IMG/VR virus record: IMGVR_UViG_3300048026_000426
Span: 1 to 24,732 of that record
Source: a virus
Lineage: Duplodnaviria; Caudoviricetes
Reading direction: 5' to 3' (one strand)
Length of the DNA: 24,732 bases
The notes beneath the pieces were generated by a model. The model was not told the DNA's origin. It saw nothing but the letters and a program-made list of their open reading frames with translations, and made no database searches. Of the stretch, positions 8,153-16,540 are shown one piece after another (the first letter of the stretch is position 1; each line of letters starts with the position of its first letter). The translations under genes were made by a program, and so were the position numbers.

Positions 8153-9349
8153 TTAGTTGTCCTCTTCCGGTGTTAGAACATCGCTTAAACGCTGTCTAGA
8201 TTTTCTAGTAGTTCCATCATCGTCGACATATGTTTTTGTATTATTAATGAAACCGTCTTTTTGTGTTGTACCTGAACCACCTGTTGTACTTGTACGAACA
8301 GCATCTTCAATTTTAACCCAACGACTTCCGTCATATCTAAATAAACGATTTGGTTTATAATCTAATCTAAGTACATAATCTCCAATATCTGCACCACTTG
8401 GGAAAGAAGTTGCAGGAGTTACAGGATAGCCATTAGGAGCAACACCGTCACCAGCCATGCCTCCTGGACTTTCGTATCCTTCTTGACTTGGAGTAACAGG
8501 CATTTCATCAGCAGAAACAAGTGTACTACTTGCACCAACAGATGTTGTATCTGCACTATCGCCTTCTGGATCAACAGGTGTACCGTCATTAGTAGTTGGA
8601 ACAACATAAAAAGAACTTGTGTCGTAACCACTTTTTGGTACTTCTTTTTCTGCTTGTTGTATAATTGCAGTGTTGATTTCAATTTCTTGTTTGTATGTAC
8701 TTAATAAATCTCTTAATTTATTGTCGCTACCTGTAACATCTGTACCATCTTGCTTTTGAGCAGTTTGGTCAAATATAGCTCTGTATTCTTGTGAATCAAC
8801 TAATGGTGTTGCTTTAACTCTCCATAAGTGTGGATACCAAGTTGGACTAAATCCTTCAGCCGCTCTGTTACCATCTTGTACTACATAGTAACGTCTCAAT
8901 GCCGCTGGTAAATCCGAATCTAACGGATAAAAATCTCTCATATGAGGTAGCTCTAAAACGTCTCCGTTAATAAGTTTTCTACCTAAACCTTCCACCATAT
9001 CGTTCATATGGAACGTGATAAAAAGTGTATCATTTTGTAAAAATAAACCAAATTGTGTAAGGTCAAAGTCGATATCTGCAACGTTGTAAATGCCTCTTAA
9101 TTCGTAAACAGATGAGTCGTACTTTCTATCTCTATTCTCTAAGAACAATAAATCTTGAATGTTTTGTTCACTTTGTGTGGTATAATTTGGCTGACTAGGA
9201 TCTGTTCCATCATTGTTAGCCGTGTCGGCTCCTAAGAATTTATGAATGTTAACTCCGGTACCGCCGATGGTGAACATTTCACGAACTCTACTGTCGAAAA
9301 AATTATAGTCCTGCCCTTTTTCAGGCTTCCACATGGATAATTTTGGCAT
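8153..9349 (-). CDS. gp14: Neck/head-closure protein (T4 gp14-like) with C-terminal extension
   Basis: DLLFLENRDRKY, DLTQFGLFLQNDTLFITF, GDVLELP and W...LWRVKA; adjacent to gp15; SD AGAGGA. Confidence 0.75.
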   Translation of the reverse strand: MPKLSMWKPEKGQDYNFFDSRVREMFTIGGTGVNIHKFLGADTANNDGTDPSQPNYTTQSEQNIQDLLFLENRDRKYDSSVYELRGIYNVADIDFDLTQFGLFLQNDTLFITFHMNDMVEGLGRKLINGDVLELPHMRDFYPLDSDLPAALRRYYVVQDGNRAAEGFSPTWYPHLWRVKATPLVDSQEYRAIFDQTAQKQDGTDVTGSDNKLRDLLSTYKQEIEINTAIIQQAEKEVPKSGYDTSSFYVVPTTNDGTPVDPEGDSADTTSVGASSTLVSADEMPVTPSQEGYESPGGMAGDGVAPNGYPVTPATSFPSGADIGDYVLRLDYKPNRLFRYDGSRWVKIEDAVRTSTTGGSGTTQKDGFINNTKTYVDDDGTTRKSRQRLSDVLTPEEDN

Positions 9350-9369
9350 TATTTATATCCTCTTTGTAG

Positions 9370-9377
9370 TATTTATA
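9370..9377 (-). promoter_or_regulatory. T4-type late promoter for the gp14-gp15 operon
   Basis: TATAAATA on the minus strand 20 nt upstream of the gp14 ATG. A second copy at 9350-9357 abuts the ATG. Confidence 0.75.
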
Positions 9378-9411
9378 CAATAACATTTCTTTGCTAAAAT
9401 GCAAAAAAAGG

Positions 9412-9439
9412 TTGACAAATGATTAAAACGTAGTATATT
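9412..9439 (+). promoter_or_regulatory. Host sigma70-type (early) promoter
   Basis: TTGACA (9412-9417), 16-nt spacer, TATATT (9434-9439), preceded by an A-rich UP-like tract, upstream of ORF 9480. Confidence 0.7.
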
Positions 9440-9479
9440 TAAACATATTCGCATATATAAAGGCATACAGGAGAATATA

Positions 9480-10769
9480 TTGTCAAAAGGAATATCTATG
9501 AAATTACCACGCAAAAAGCCTACAAAACCGAGAACATCGAGACTTGCAGACGAATCGTACACAGGACCAGAGCCTGTTTGGGACGATTGGCAAACGTGGC
9601 CCATTGAGAAATTTCACAAAGAGCATCATAGAGTAAGCACATATTACAACTATCATTACCAGCCTAAGGATTTGTTGCCTAAAGTTAAAGAATGGATGGT
9701 TTTGAATGGTTATACTAAGAAAGATGTACAAGCCATTAATGCTTGTGAACTATGGCGTATTAATATAACGACTTGCGGAATGTGTTGTGCCTTGCTTCGA
9801 GGTATGCCAACACATCACCCAGAGTGGGATAAACATTTAGAATCTTTACCAGGTGTTATTGGAGGGCAATCTGATCCATCAGAATTTGTTCGTAAACAAC
9901 TTGATGAAGTAATTGTTATAGGAAAAGAGAAACTTAAAAAGAAAGGTTTTGAAGTAGACAAGCAAATCAAATTAACAGGCGGACCTGTATTAACAATTCA
10001 ACAAAGATTGAAAATGTCTGCATTAGCACTCACTGATGAGATAGAAGAATTTTTAGATAATGCAGTAATGGATTTAGAAAAATTTGATATGAAGAAATTT
10101 AATCCATTAAGTATTCTTCGTAAACAACAGGCAAAGCCAGCCCATGCAAAAATTATTAGAGAATATTATAGTCCTAATTTAAAAGAATGGGAAGAAGTTT
10201 TGGGACCTAAAAAACCAGATGATGATTGGTATGATCAATTAATCGAAGCCTATAGTAATATGTCGTCGAAAGAACATAAGAAAATGTTAGAAATTTATCA
10301 AGAGATAGATAATGCTTGTTCTATGTTAATTGAAAAAGGAAAAGCAGAACGTAAACCTCGTAAACGTAAAACTGTGTCAGCCGACAAGCAAGTTTCTAAA
10401 ATTAAATATTTAAAGGAGTATAGCGAACTAGGATTAGTAAGTATTAATCCAGTTGATATTGTAGGTGCAAGTGAACTTTGGATTTATAATACAAAAACTC
10501 GTAAGATAGGAAAGTATGTTGCTAAAAATATAGATCCTACAGGACAACAACGTGAGGGTAGTGGATTAAGTGTAAAAGGAACTACTATAACGGGCTTTAG
10601 TGAAGAGAGTGTACAAAAGACCCTTCGAAAGCCTAAAGAGCAACTAGCGACGTTTAAAAGCGCCGGAAAGATACTTCTACGGAAGTATTTAGATGACATT
10701 AAAGCAGTAGACACTAAATTAAACGGTAGAATCAATGACCTGACAATACTGTTGAAAGTTGCTAAATAG
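9480..10769 (+). CDS. Conserved phage hypothetical protein, probably early-expressed
   Basis: 429-aa ORF with TTG start and SD AGGAGA (ATG 9498 is an alternative start). Basic N-terminus, helical middle, basic C-terminal domain (LVSINPVDIVGASELWIYNTKTRK..KGTTITGF..QKTLRKP). Function not recognised. Confidence 0.75.
   Translation: MSKGISMKLPRKKPTKPRTSRLADESYTGPEPVWDDWQTWPIEKFHKEHHRVSTYYNYHYQPKDLLPKVKEWMVLNGYTKKDVQAINACELWRINITTCGMCCALLRGMPTHHPEWDKHLESLPGVIGGQSDPSEFVRKQLDEVIVIGKEKLKKKGFEVDKQIKLTGGPVLTIQQRLKMSALALTDEIEEFLDNAVMDLEKFDMKKFNPLSILRKQQAKPAHAKIIREYYSPNLKEWEEVLGPKKPDDDWYDQLIEAYSNMSSKEHKKMLEIYQEIDNACSMLIEKGKAERKPRKRKTVSADKQVSKIKYLKEYSELGLVSINPVDIVGASELWIYNTKTRKIGKYVAKNIDPTGQQREGSGLSVKGTTITGFSEESVQKTLRKPKEQLATFKSAGKILLRKYLDDIKAVDTKLNGRINDLTILLKVAK
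10761..10768 (+). promoter_or_regulatory. Late promoter-like box (GCTAAATA) for gp13
   Basis: TAAATA core overlapping the end of the upstream gene, followed by SD AGAGGA and ATG 10791. Confidence 0.6.
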
Positions 10770-10790
10770 TACATATAAGAGGAATAATCC

Positions 10791-11540
10791 ATGGCAGATC
10801 TAGCGACAGAACAAAATAAAGTATTCGAATATGTAAAAGCCAGTTTAGGTGGAGGCATGGTCGAAGTTGAACTTGATCCATCACATTACCAAATTGCTTT
10901 GCAAAAATCATTTGATGTGTATAGACAAAAGAGTTCAAATTCTGTTGAAGAAAGTTATGGCTTTTTAACACTAGTTCAAGAGCAACAAGAATATATTCTA
11001 CCTGATCAAGTACAAATGGTTAGAGAAGTATTTCGTAGAAGTACAGGCGGATCTGCAACAGGTACAATGTTTGAACCTTTTGAAGCAGGATATGTTAACA
11101 CTTACTTGTTACAAGCAGGTAGAGTTGGCGGACTTGCTAGTTATGAAATGTTTTCTCAATACCAAGAATTAACAGCCAAAATGTTTGGCGGTTATATTAA
11201 TTTTACATTTGAGCCAGTAAGTAAAAAATTAACAATAGTTAGAAGAGTTAGAAATACTGGTGAAAATATCCTACTTTGGATGTATAATGAAAAGCCAGAT
11301 GTTACATTGTTAACAGATAATCGTTGCAAAAGTTGGCTATATGATTACACACTTGCACGTTGTAAGTATATGCTTGGTGAAGCAAGATCAAAATTCGCCA
11401 CTATCGCTGGTCCACAAGGTGGTACATCACTTAATGGTGATTCCCTAAAAGCAGAGGCACAAACAGAGCTTGACAAACTCGAACAAGACTTGTATAATTT
11501 AACTGATAGCCAGATGCCGATGACTTGGGTAATTGGCTAA
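10791..11540 (+). CDS. gp13: Neck protein/head-tail adaptor (T4 gp13-like)
   Basis: YVKASLGGGMVEVEL, YILPDQV..VREV, WLYDYTLARCKYMLGEARSKF.TI.GPQGGTSLNG..LKAEAQTELDKLE. Confidence 0.9.
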   Translation: MADLATEQNKVFEYVKASLGGGMVEVELDPSHYQIALQKSFDVYRQKSSNSVEESYGFLTLVQEQQEYILPDQVQMVREVFRRSTGGSATGTMFEPFEAGYVNTYLLQAGRVGGLASYEMFSQYQELTAKMFGGYINFTFEPVSKKLTIVRRVRNTGENILLWMYNEKPDVTLLTDNRCKSWLYDYTLARCKYMLGEARSKFATIAGPQGGTSLNGDSLKAEAQTELDKLEQDLYNLTDSQMPMTWVIG

Positions 11541-11566
11541 ACTTAATAACACAATTAAGGAATCTA

Positions 11567-12199
11567 ATGATTATTGGAATATGCGGACTTATTGGGTCCG
11601 GTAAAGGCACAGTTGCAGATACACTAATAGCCGAACATAACTTTAAAAAATTAAGTTTTGCAGATGCACTTAAAGACGGTGTGTCGACTATATTCAATTG
11701 GGATCGTAAAATGCTTGAAGGCGATACTAAAGAAAGTAGAGACTGGAGAGAACAACAAGATTCTTTTTGGACAAAAGAGACAGGCAAAGAAATTACACCT
11801 AGGCTAGTATTACAGTTATTTGGCACAGAATGTATGCGTGAAGGATTCTTTGATGGTATATGGGTAAGTTTAGTTAAGCAAAAAATATTAAACAATCCAC
11901 AACAAAATTGGGTTATACCTGATGTACGTTTCCCAAACGAAATAAAAGCAATTAAAGAGTTAAACGGAAATTTGTGGCAAGTACGCAGAGGCAATAAACC
12001 TTTATGGTGGGCAACTGCTTTAAGTATTAATGAGAATTGGGATTTTGTAGGCGAACATCACAGTATGAGTGCAGTATTCCCTGAAGTACATGAAAGTGAA
12101 TGGCGTTGGGTTTGTCATGATGATAACTTTAATGCTATTATAGGTAATGATTCGACTTTAGAAAGTCTTAAACATCAGGTACTAAATCTCCTTTCTTAG
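11567..12199 (+). CDS. gp1: Deoxynucleoside monophosphate kinase (T4 gp1-like)
   Basis: Start moved to ATG 11567 (SD AAGGA). P-loop IIGICGLIGSGKGT, SFADALKD, TPRLVLQLFGTE, VIPDVRFPNE and HESE. Confidence 0.9.
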   Translation: MIIGICGLIGSGKGTVADTLIAEHNFKKLSFADALKDGVSTIFNWDRKMLEGDTKESRDWREQQDSFWTKETGKEITPRLVLQLFGTECMREGFFDGIWVSLVKQKILNNPQQNWVIPDVRFPNEIKAIKELNGNLWQVRRGNKPLWWATALSINENWDFVGEHHSMSAVFPEVHESEWRWVCHDDNFNAIIGNDSTLESLKHQVLNLLS

Positions 12200-12515
12200 A
12201 GTTCCATCCTGAGTGTCCTAATTCAATCAAACAATTTAAGCATACAGTTTTAAGATTACTATGTTTAATATTAATTAAATTACCATCTATAAAGTATACT
12301 TCTAATTGATCATAGTACTTTGCTTTAAACCCACAATTTTCACAAGTACTTTTTTTCTTATATCCTGCCTTAGCCCAAACGGTTAGTTTGGGTTTCTTTA
12401 CAAAGTTGCGGTTGCAACTATCACACATTTTACGGTAATAAACCTTTTCACCTTTTTTATAGTTGACAGCGGCTGACTTCTTCTTGCATTTAACACATAT
12501 GGGCCTGGTTTTCAT
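12168..12515 (-). CDS. Small double zinc-finger protein with a degenerate HNH fold
   Basis: Start moved to ATG 12515 (MKTRPICVKC...). Four CxxC pairs. LEVYFIDGNLINIKHSNLKTVCLNC aligns to HNH LEVHHIDG...N...NL..LC.NCH but lacks the catalytic His residues. Confidence 0.75.
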   Translation of the reverse strand: MKTRPICVKCKKKSAAVNYKKGEKVYYRKMCDSCNRNFVKKPKLTVWAKAGYKKKSTCENCGFKAKYYDQLEVYFIDGNLINIKHSNLKTVCLNCLIELGHSGWNSKKGDLVPDV

Positions 12516-12520
12516 ATAGT

Positions 12521-12528
12521 TATTTATA
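12521..12528 (-). promoter_or_regulatory. T4-type late promoter for the HNH-like gene
   Basis: Perfect TATAAATA on the minus strand 5 nt upstream of the ATG. Confidence 0.7.
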
Positions 12529-12588
12529 CCCCGCCCTTTAAAGGTGACTCCAATACTGGTTACAAAACAGACCTTTTTACGGTTTTTT

Positions 12589-12596
12589 ACTAAATA
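12589..12596 (+). promoter_or_regulatory. Late promoter-like box (ACTAAATA) for tail sheath
   Basis: TAAATA core in the intergenic region upstream of SD GAGGT and ATG 12652. Confidence 0.65.
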
Positions 12597-12651
12597 CAAT
12601 AACAAAGTTGTAAACGAATTACAAATAAAATAATTTTGCGAGGTAAAAAAT

Positions 12652-15600
12652 ATGGCGCTTGTATCACCAGGTATTGAGGTTAAAGTAGTCGACGAGTCAC
12701 AGTACGCCAGCACGGCGGTTGGTACTGTTCCTATGTTGGTAATTGCTACGGCTTCAAATAAAAACGATCCTACTAGCGGAGGAACTGCTAGTGGAACTGC
12801 AAAAGTAAATGCAGAAAAAACTTATTTAATAGGTTCACAAAGAGAACTAGTTTCTACTTTCGGAGAACCATCATTCTACAAAAGTACATCAGGTACTGCA
12901 CTACATGGCTATGAACAAAATGAATATGGCTTAATGGCGGCTTACTCACTTTTAGGTGCTAGTAACAGAGCATACATTGTAAGAGCAGATGTTGATTTAG
13001 GAGAACTAACAGGACAATCAGGAAGACCAACGGCAAAACCTGCTAACGGTACACACTGGTTAGACACTAGTAAAACTAAATGGGGTATTTTTGAATGGAA
13101 TGCAACAACTCAGGCATTTGTTAATAAAGTGCCAACAGTTATAACAGACACTAATTCAGTTAGTGCTGGCGTACCGATTGCTTCAATTGGTAAAGCAGGC
13201 GATTATGCCATTGACGCCACTACTACAAATAATACTGTAAGTGTAAGAACTGCAACAGGCTGGAAAGCATTAGGTACGTCTAATTGGCATACATCAATTC
13301 CAACTGTACAAGGTACTGCATCAGGCGGTACTGTTTCAAACGGTGATAGTATTACTATTAACGGTGCAACAGTTACTTCTTCTGGTACAACTTACACACA
13401 ATTTGCGGCAGACATTAATACAGCGGCTATCACAGGCGTTACTGCGGCATTAGTAAATAGTAAAATTGAAATTTATGGTGATTCAACTGCGGCAAGCAAT
13501 CAAATTGTTATTGCAAACGCAAGTGGAACATTGTTAACAGATATAGGTATTACTGCAAAAACATATAATGTCATTTCAGTATTACAACAACCACATACAT
13601 CAGTTCCAGCATGGAAAACAGCAGATGCTACAGCGGCGCCAAGCGGTAGTGTTTGGGTTAAAACAACTTCTCCAAATAATGGAGCAAAGTTTGATGTAAG
13701 TGAATATAGTACAACTTTAGCCAAATTTGTTGCTAAAACAGTTAATGTGTATCGTGGTGATAGACACGCATTATATGGTTTAGATCCAATTGGCGGCGGT
13801 TTAAATATTGAAGCAGGAACAGTATATGCACACGCATTTACTAACTCTTCAGGATTTACACTTTATAAATTATACGAACGTATGGCAAAAGGTGCAACAG
13901 TAGTTACAGGAACTGCAACTGCTCCAACATACTCAGTAGGAGATGCGTTTACAATTACATCTTCAGCAAAAGGCGTTAATACAGTAATAACATATACGGT
14001 AACTGCAACAGGTACAACCAATGCGGCTATGGTTAATGACATTAATACTGCTAATATTCCTTATGTTACAGCGAGTTTGTCAACTTCGGGTGCAATAACA
14101 TTAACACACAGTTTAGGTGGTGTTATGATTCTTGCAAATACAAATAATACACCTTTAGCAACTGCAGGTTTCACAACTGCTAATACATATATTAGAGAAG
14201 GTGCAACAGCAGGAAACTTGGTAGCAAGTAACTTCCAACAATTAGTTTACACAGCAGGAGCAATTGAACCTTCAACTAATCCAGCAACAGGTAGACTATG
14301 GTATCACAATGTTACAGACGAAATTGACATTATGATCCACGATGGTTCTAGTTGGAAAGGTTACCAAAACGTTTCAACAGATGCAAGAGGTTTTGACCTA
14401 AGTACTACAAGTCCAGATGGTCCATTAGTTAGTGCAACGGCTCCGATAGCACAATCGGATGCTTCAGCATTGGTATATGGTGATCTTTGGATTGACACAA
14501 GTGACTTAGAAAACTTCCCAATTATTAAAAGATGGGAATCAGTTTCAGGCACAGACACTTGGGTTACAATAGATAACACAGACCAAACTAGTGAAGATGG
14601 TGTTTTATTTGCTGATGCAAGATACATGGGCAATGCAACAACAGACGTAGTTAGTGGTGATATAGCAACTGTTAAATCATTATTAACAAACGACTACACT
14701 GATTTAGATGTACCACTACCGGCTAATTACCCACGTGGTATGTTAATGTTTAACACAAGACGTAGTTCTTACAATGTAAAAGAGTTTAAGAGAGATTACT
14801 TTAACTCAACTAATTTCCCAGGTAAAGTATTACCAACGGAAAAAGATGCATGGGTAAGTAAAGCAGGTTTACAAACAGATGGTTCTCCATATATGGGTAG
14901 ACAAGCAGTACGTCAAGTTGTTGTAGCAGGTATGAAATCAGCACTTGATACAAGTGCAGAATTACGTGAAGAACAAAGAAACTTTAACGTAATGGCGGCA
15001 CCTGGATATCCAGAACTAATTGCTAACATGGTATCATTGAATAATGATAGACGTAACACTGCTTTCGTAATTGGTGATACACCAATGAGATTAGCGGCAA
15101 ATAGTACAGATATCCAAAACTGGGCAACTAATGCCAATTTAGCAACAGATAACAATGATGACGGTATGGTTACTGCTGATACATACTTAGGTGTGTTTTA
15201 CCCAAGTGGTATTACAACAGATTTAAGTGGTAGTAGCATTGTTGTACCAGCAAGTCATATGATGTTAAGAACAATGATTCGTTCAGATGATGCTAGTTAT
15301 CCTTGGTTTGCTCCAGCAGGTACAAGACGTGGTGTTGTAGATAATGCAACAGGATTAGGTTATATTGATGTAGCAACTGGTGAATTCCAGAGTGTTGGTG
15401 TTAGAGAATCTTTAAGAGATACTTTATACGAAAACAGTATTAACCCAATTACGTTCTTACCAGGTAACGGTGTACTAAACTACGGTAACAAAACTAAAAC
15501 AGCGACAGCAAGTGCTTTAGATCGTATTAACGTTTCTAGACTTACTGCTTACATTCGTGAACGTTTAGCAGTTATTACAAAACCATTTGTTTTTGAACCT

Positions 15601-15828
15601 AACGATAAACTAACACGTGATGAAGTAAAACAAGTTGTTGAGCAATTAATGAATGATTTAGTTGCAAAACGTGGTCTTTACGATTACTTGGTTGTTTGTG
15701 ATGAGACAAATAACACAAACGATAGAATTGATCGTAACGAATTGTATATAGATATTGCTATTGAACCAGTTAAAGCGGTTGAATACATTTATATTCCAGT
15801 TCGTATCCAAAATACAGGCTCTATCTAA
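12652..15828 (+). CDS. gp18: Contractile tail sheath protein (T4 gp18-like) with large internal insertions
   Basis: MALVSPGIEVKVVDES N-terminus. C-terminal PWFAPAGTRRG, RDTLYENSINPI, ALDRINVSRL, FVFEPND, VVCDETNNT and IAIEPVKAVEYIYIPV. Confidence 0.95.
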   Translation: MALVSPGIEVKVVDESQYASTAVGTVPMLVIATASNKNDPTSGGTASGTAKVNAEKTYLIGSQRELVSTFGEPSFYKSTSGTALHGYEQNEYGLMAAYSLLGASNRAYIVRADVDLGELTGQSGRPTAKPANGTHWLDTSKTKWGIFEWNATTQAFVNKVPTVITDTNSVSAGVPIASIGKAGDYAIDATTTNNTVSVRTATGWKALGTSNWHTSIPTVQGTASGGTVSNGDSITINGATVTSSGTTYTQFAADINTAAITGVTAALVNSKIEIYGDSTAASNQIVIANASGTLLTDIGITAKTYNVISVLQQPHTSVPAWKTADATAAPSGSVWVKTTSPNNGAKFDVSEYSTTLAKFVAKTVNVYRGDRHALYGLDPIGGGLNIEAGTVYAHAFTNSSGFTLYKLYERMAKGATVVTGTATAPTYSVGDAFTITSSAKGVNTVITYTVTATGTTNAAMVNDINTANIPYVTASLSTSGAITLTHSLGGVMILANTNNTPLATAGFTTANTYIREGATAGNLVASNFQQLVYTAGAIEPSTNPATGRLWYHNVTDEIDIMIHDGSSWKGYQNVSTDARGFDLSTTSPDGPLVSATAPIAQSDASALVYGDLWIDTSDLENFPIIKRWESVSGTDTWVTIDNTDQTSEDGVLFADARYMGNATTDVVSGDIATVKSLLTNDYTDLDVPLPANYPRGMLMFNTRRSSYNVKEFKRDYFNSTNFPGKVLPTEKDAWVSKAGLQTDGSPYMGRQAVRQVVVAGMKSALDTSAELREEQRNFNVMAAPGYPELIANMVSLNNDRRNTAFVIGDTPMRLAANSTDIQNWATNANLATDNNDDGMVTADTYLGVFYPSGITTDLSGSSIVVPASHMMLRTMIRSDDASYPWFAPAGTRRGVVDNATGLGYIDVATGEFQSVGVRESLRDTLYENSINPITFLPGNGVLNYGNKTKTATASALDRINVSRLTAYIRERLAVITKPFVFEPNDKLTRDEVKQVVEQLMNDLVAKRGLYDYLVVCDETNNTNDRIDRNELYIDIAIEPVKAVEYIYIPVRIQNTGSI

Positions 15829-15840
15829 TAGAGCCTTATT
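15811..15840 (+). terminator. Stem-loop over the sheath stop codon (possible terminator or processing/stability hairpin)
   Basis: AGGCTCTAT-CTA-ATAGAGCCT (15816-15836) is a perfect 9-bp stem, extendable by AATA/TATT. The U-tract is weak. Confidence 0.5.
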
Positions 15841-15861
15841 AGGAACAGGGTAATTTAAGCG

Positions 15862-15869
15862 ACTAAATA
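15862..15869 (+). promoter_or_regulatory. Late promoter-like box (ACTAAATA) for tail tube
   Basis: TAAATA core upstream of SD AGGAG and ATG 15901. Confidence 0.65.
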
Positions 15870-15900
15870 TTAATAAAGCATAGAAGCAGGAGCAAAACAT

Positions 15901-16518
15901 ATGTCAGTAAGTTCATTAAGCAAATTTACAGTACCTTTGGCAAGTGACCAATCAGCGTCAAGTCAAGGTCTGTTAATGCCAAAATTAAAGTATCGCTTCA
16001 GAGTGAGTTTTGAAAACTTCGGTATTTCGACTCCTAGAAGTGAACTAACAAAACAAATTATCGATTTTCAACGTCCTTCAGTTAATTTTGAAGAAGTGCC
16101 AATCGATATCTATAACAGTAAAGTTTATATCCAAGGTAAACACACTTGGGAGGCTGTCTCAGTCAATATGCGTGATGACGCATCAGGTCAAGTTTCGAAA
16201 CTTGTTGGAGAACAAATACAGAAACAATTTGATATGATGGAACAATCATCTGCGGCGTCTGGAATTGATTACAAATTCATTACTAGATGTGAAATATTAG
16301 ACGGCGGTAACGGAGCGAGTTCACCAAATACACTAGAAACATGGGAATTATACGGATGTATGATTCAGAACGTTAACTACAACGATTTGAACTATGCAAC
16401 ATCAGAACCAGCGACAGTAACAATGTCGATACGTTTTGACAATGCAGTTCAAACTCCATTAGGAGCAGGTGTAGGAACTACAGTGGCTAGAACTATTGGT
16501 GAGGTAGTGACAGGCTAA
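15901..16518 (+). CDS. gp19: Tail tube protein (T4 gp19-like)
   Basis: Follows the sheath. PKLKYRFRV, RPSVNFEEV, GKHTWEAVSVNMRDD and WELYGC....VNYNDLNY.......TMSIRFDNA. Confidence 0.9.
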   Translation: MSVSSLSKFTVPLASDQSASSQGLLMPKLKYRFRVSFENFGISTPRSELTKQIIDFQRPSVNFEEVPIDIYNSKVYIQGKHTWEAVSVNMRDDASGQVSKLVGEQIQKQFDMMEQSSAASGIDYKFITRCEILDGGNGASSPNTLETWELYGCMIQNVNYNDLNYATSEPATVTMSIRFDNAVQTPLGAGVGTTVARTIGEVVTG

Positions 16519-16540
16519 TCCAACACGGAGTAATTAACCT

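Noticed and set aside
11567-12199. dNMP kinase among structural genes as an anomaly
   Set aside because: T4 gene 1 also lies next to morphogenesis genes, so this is not unusual by itself.
12168-12515. Mobile homing endonuclease
   Set aside because: The catalytic His residues are missing, there is no intron or intein context, and it is small with its own late promoter.
12516-12713. N-terminal extension of the minus-strand HNH-like ORF (181 aa in the track)
   Set aside because: It overlaps the sheath start and both late promoters. The TATAAATA box supports ATG 12515.
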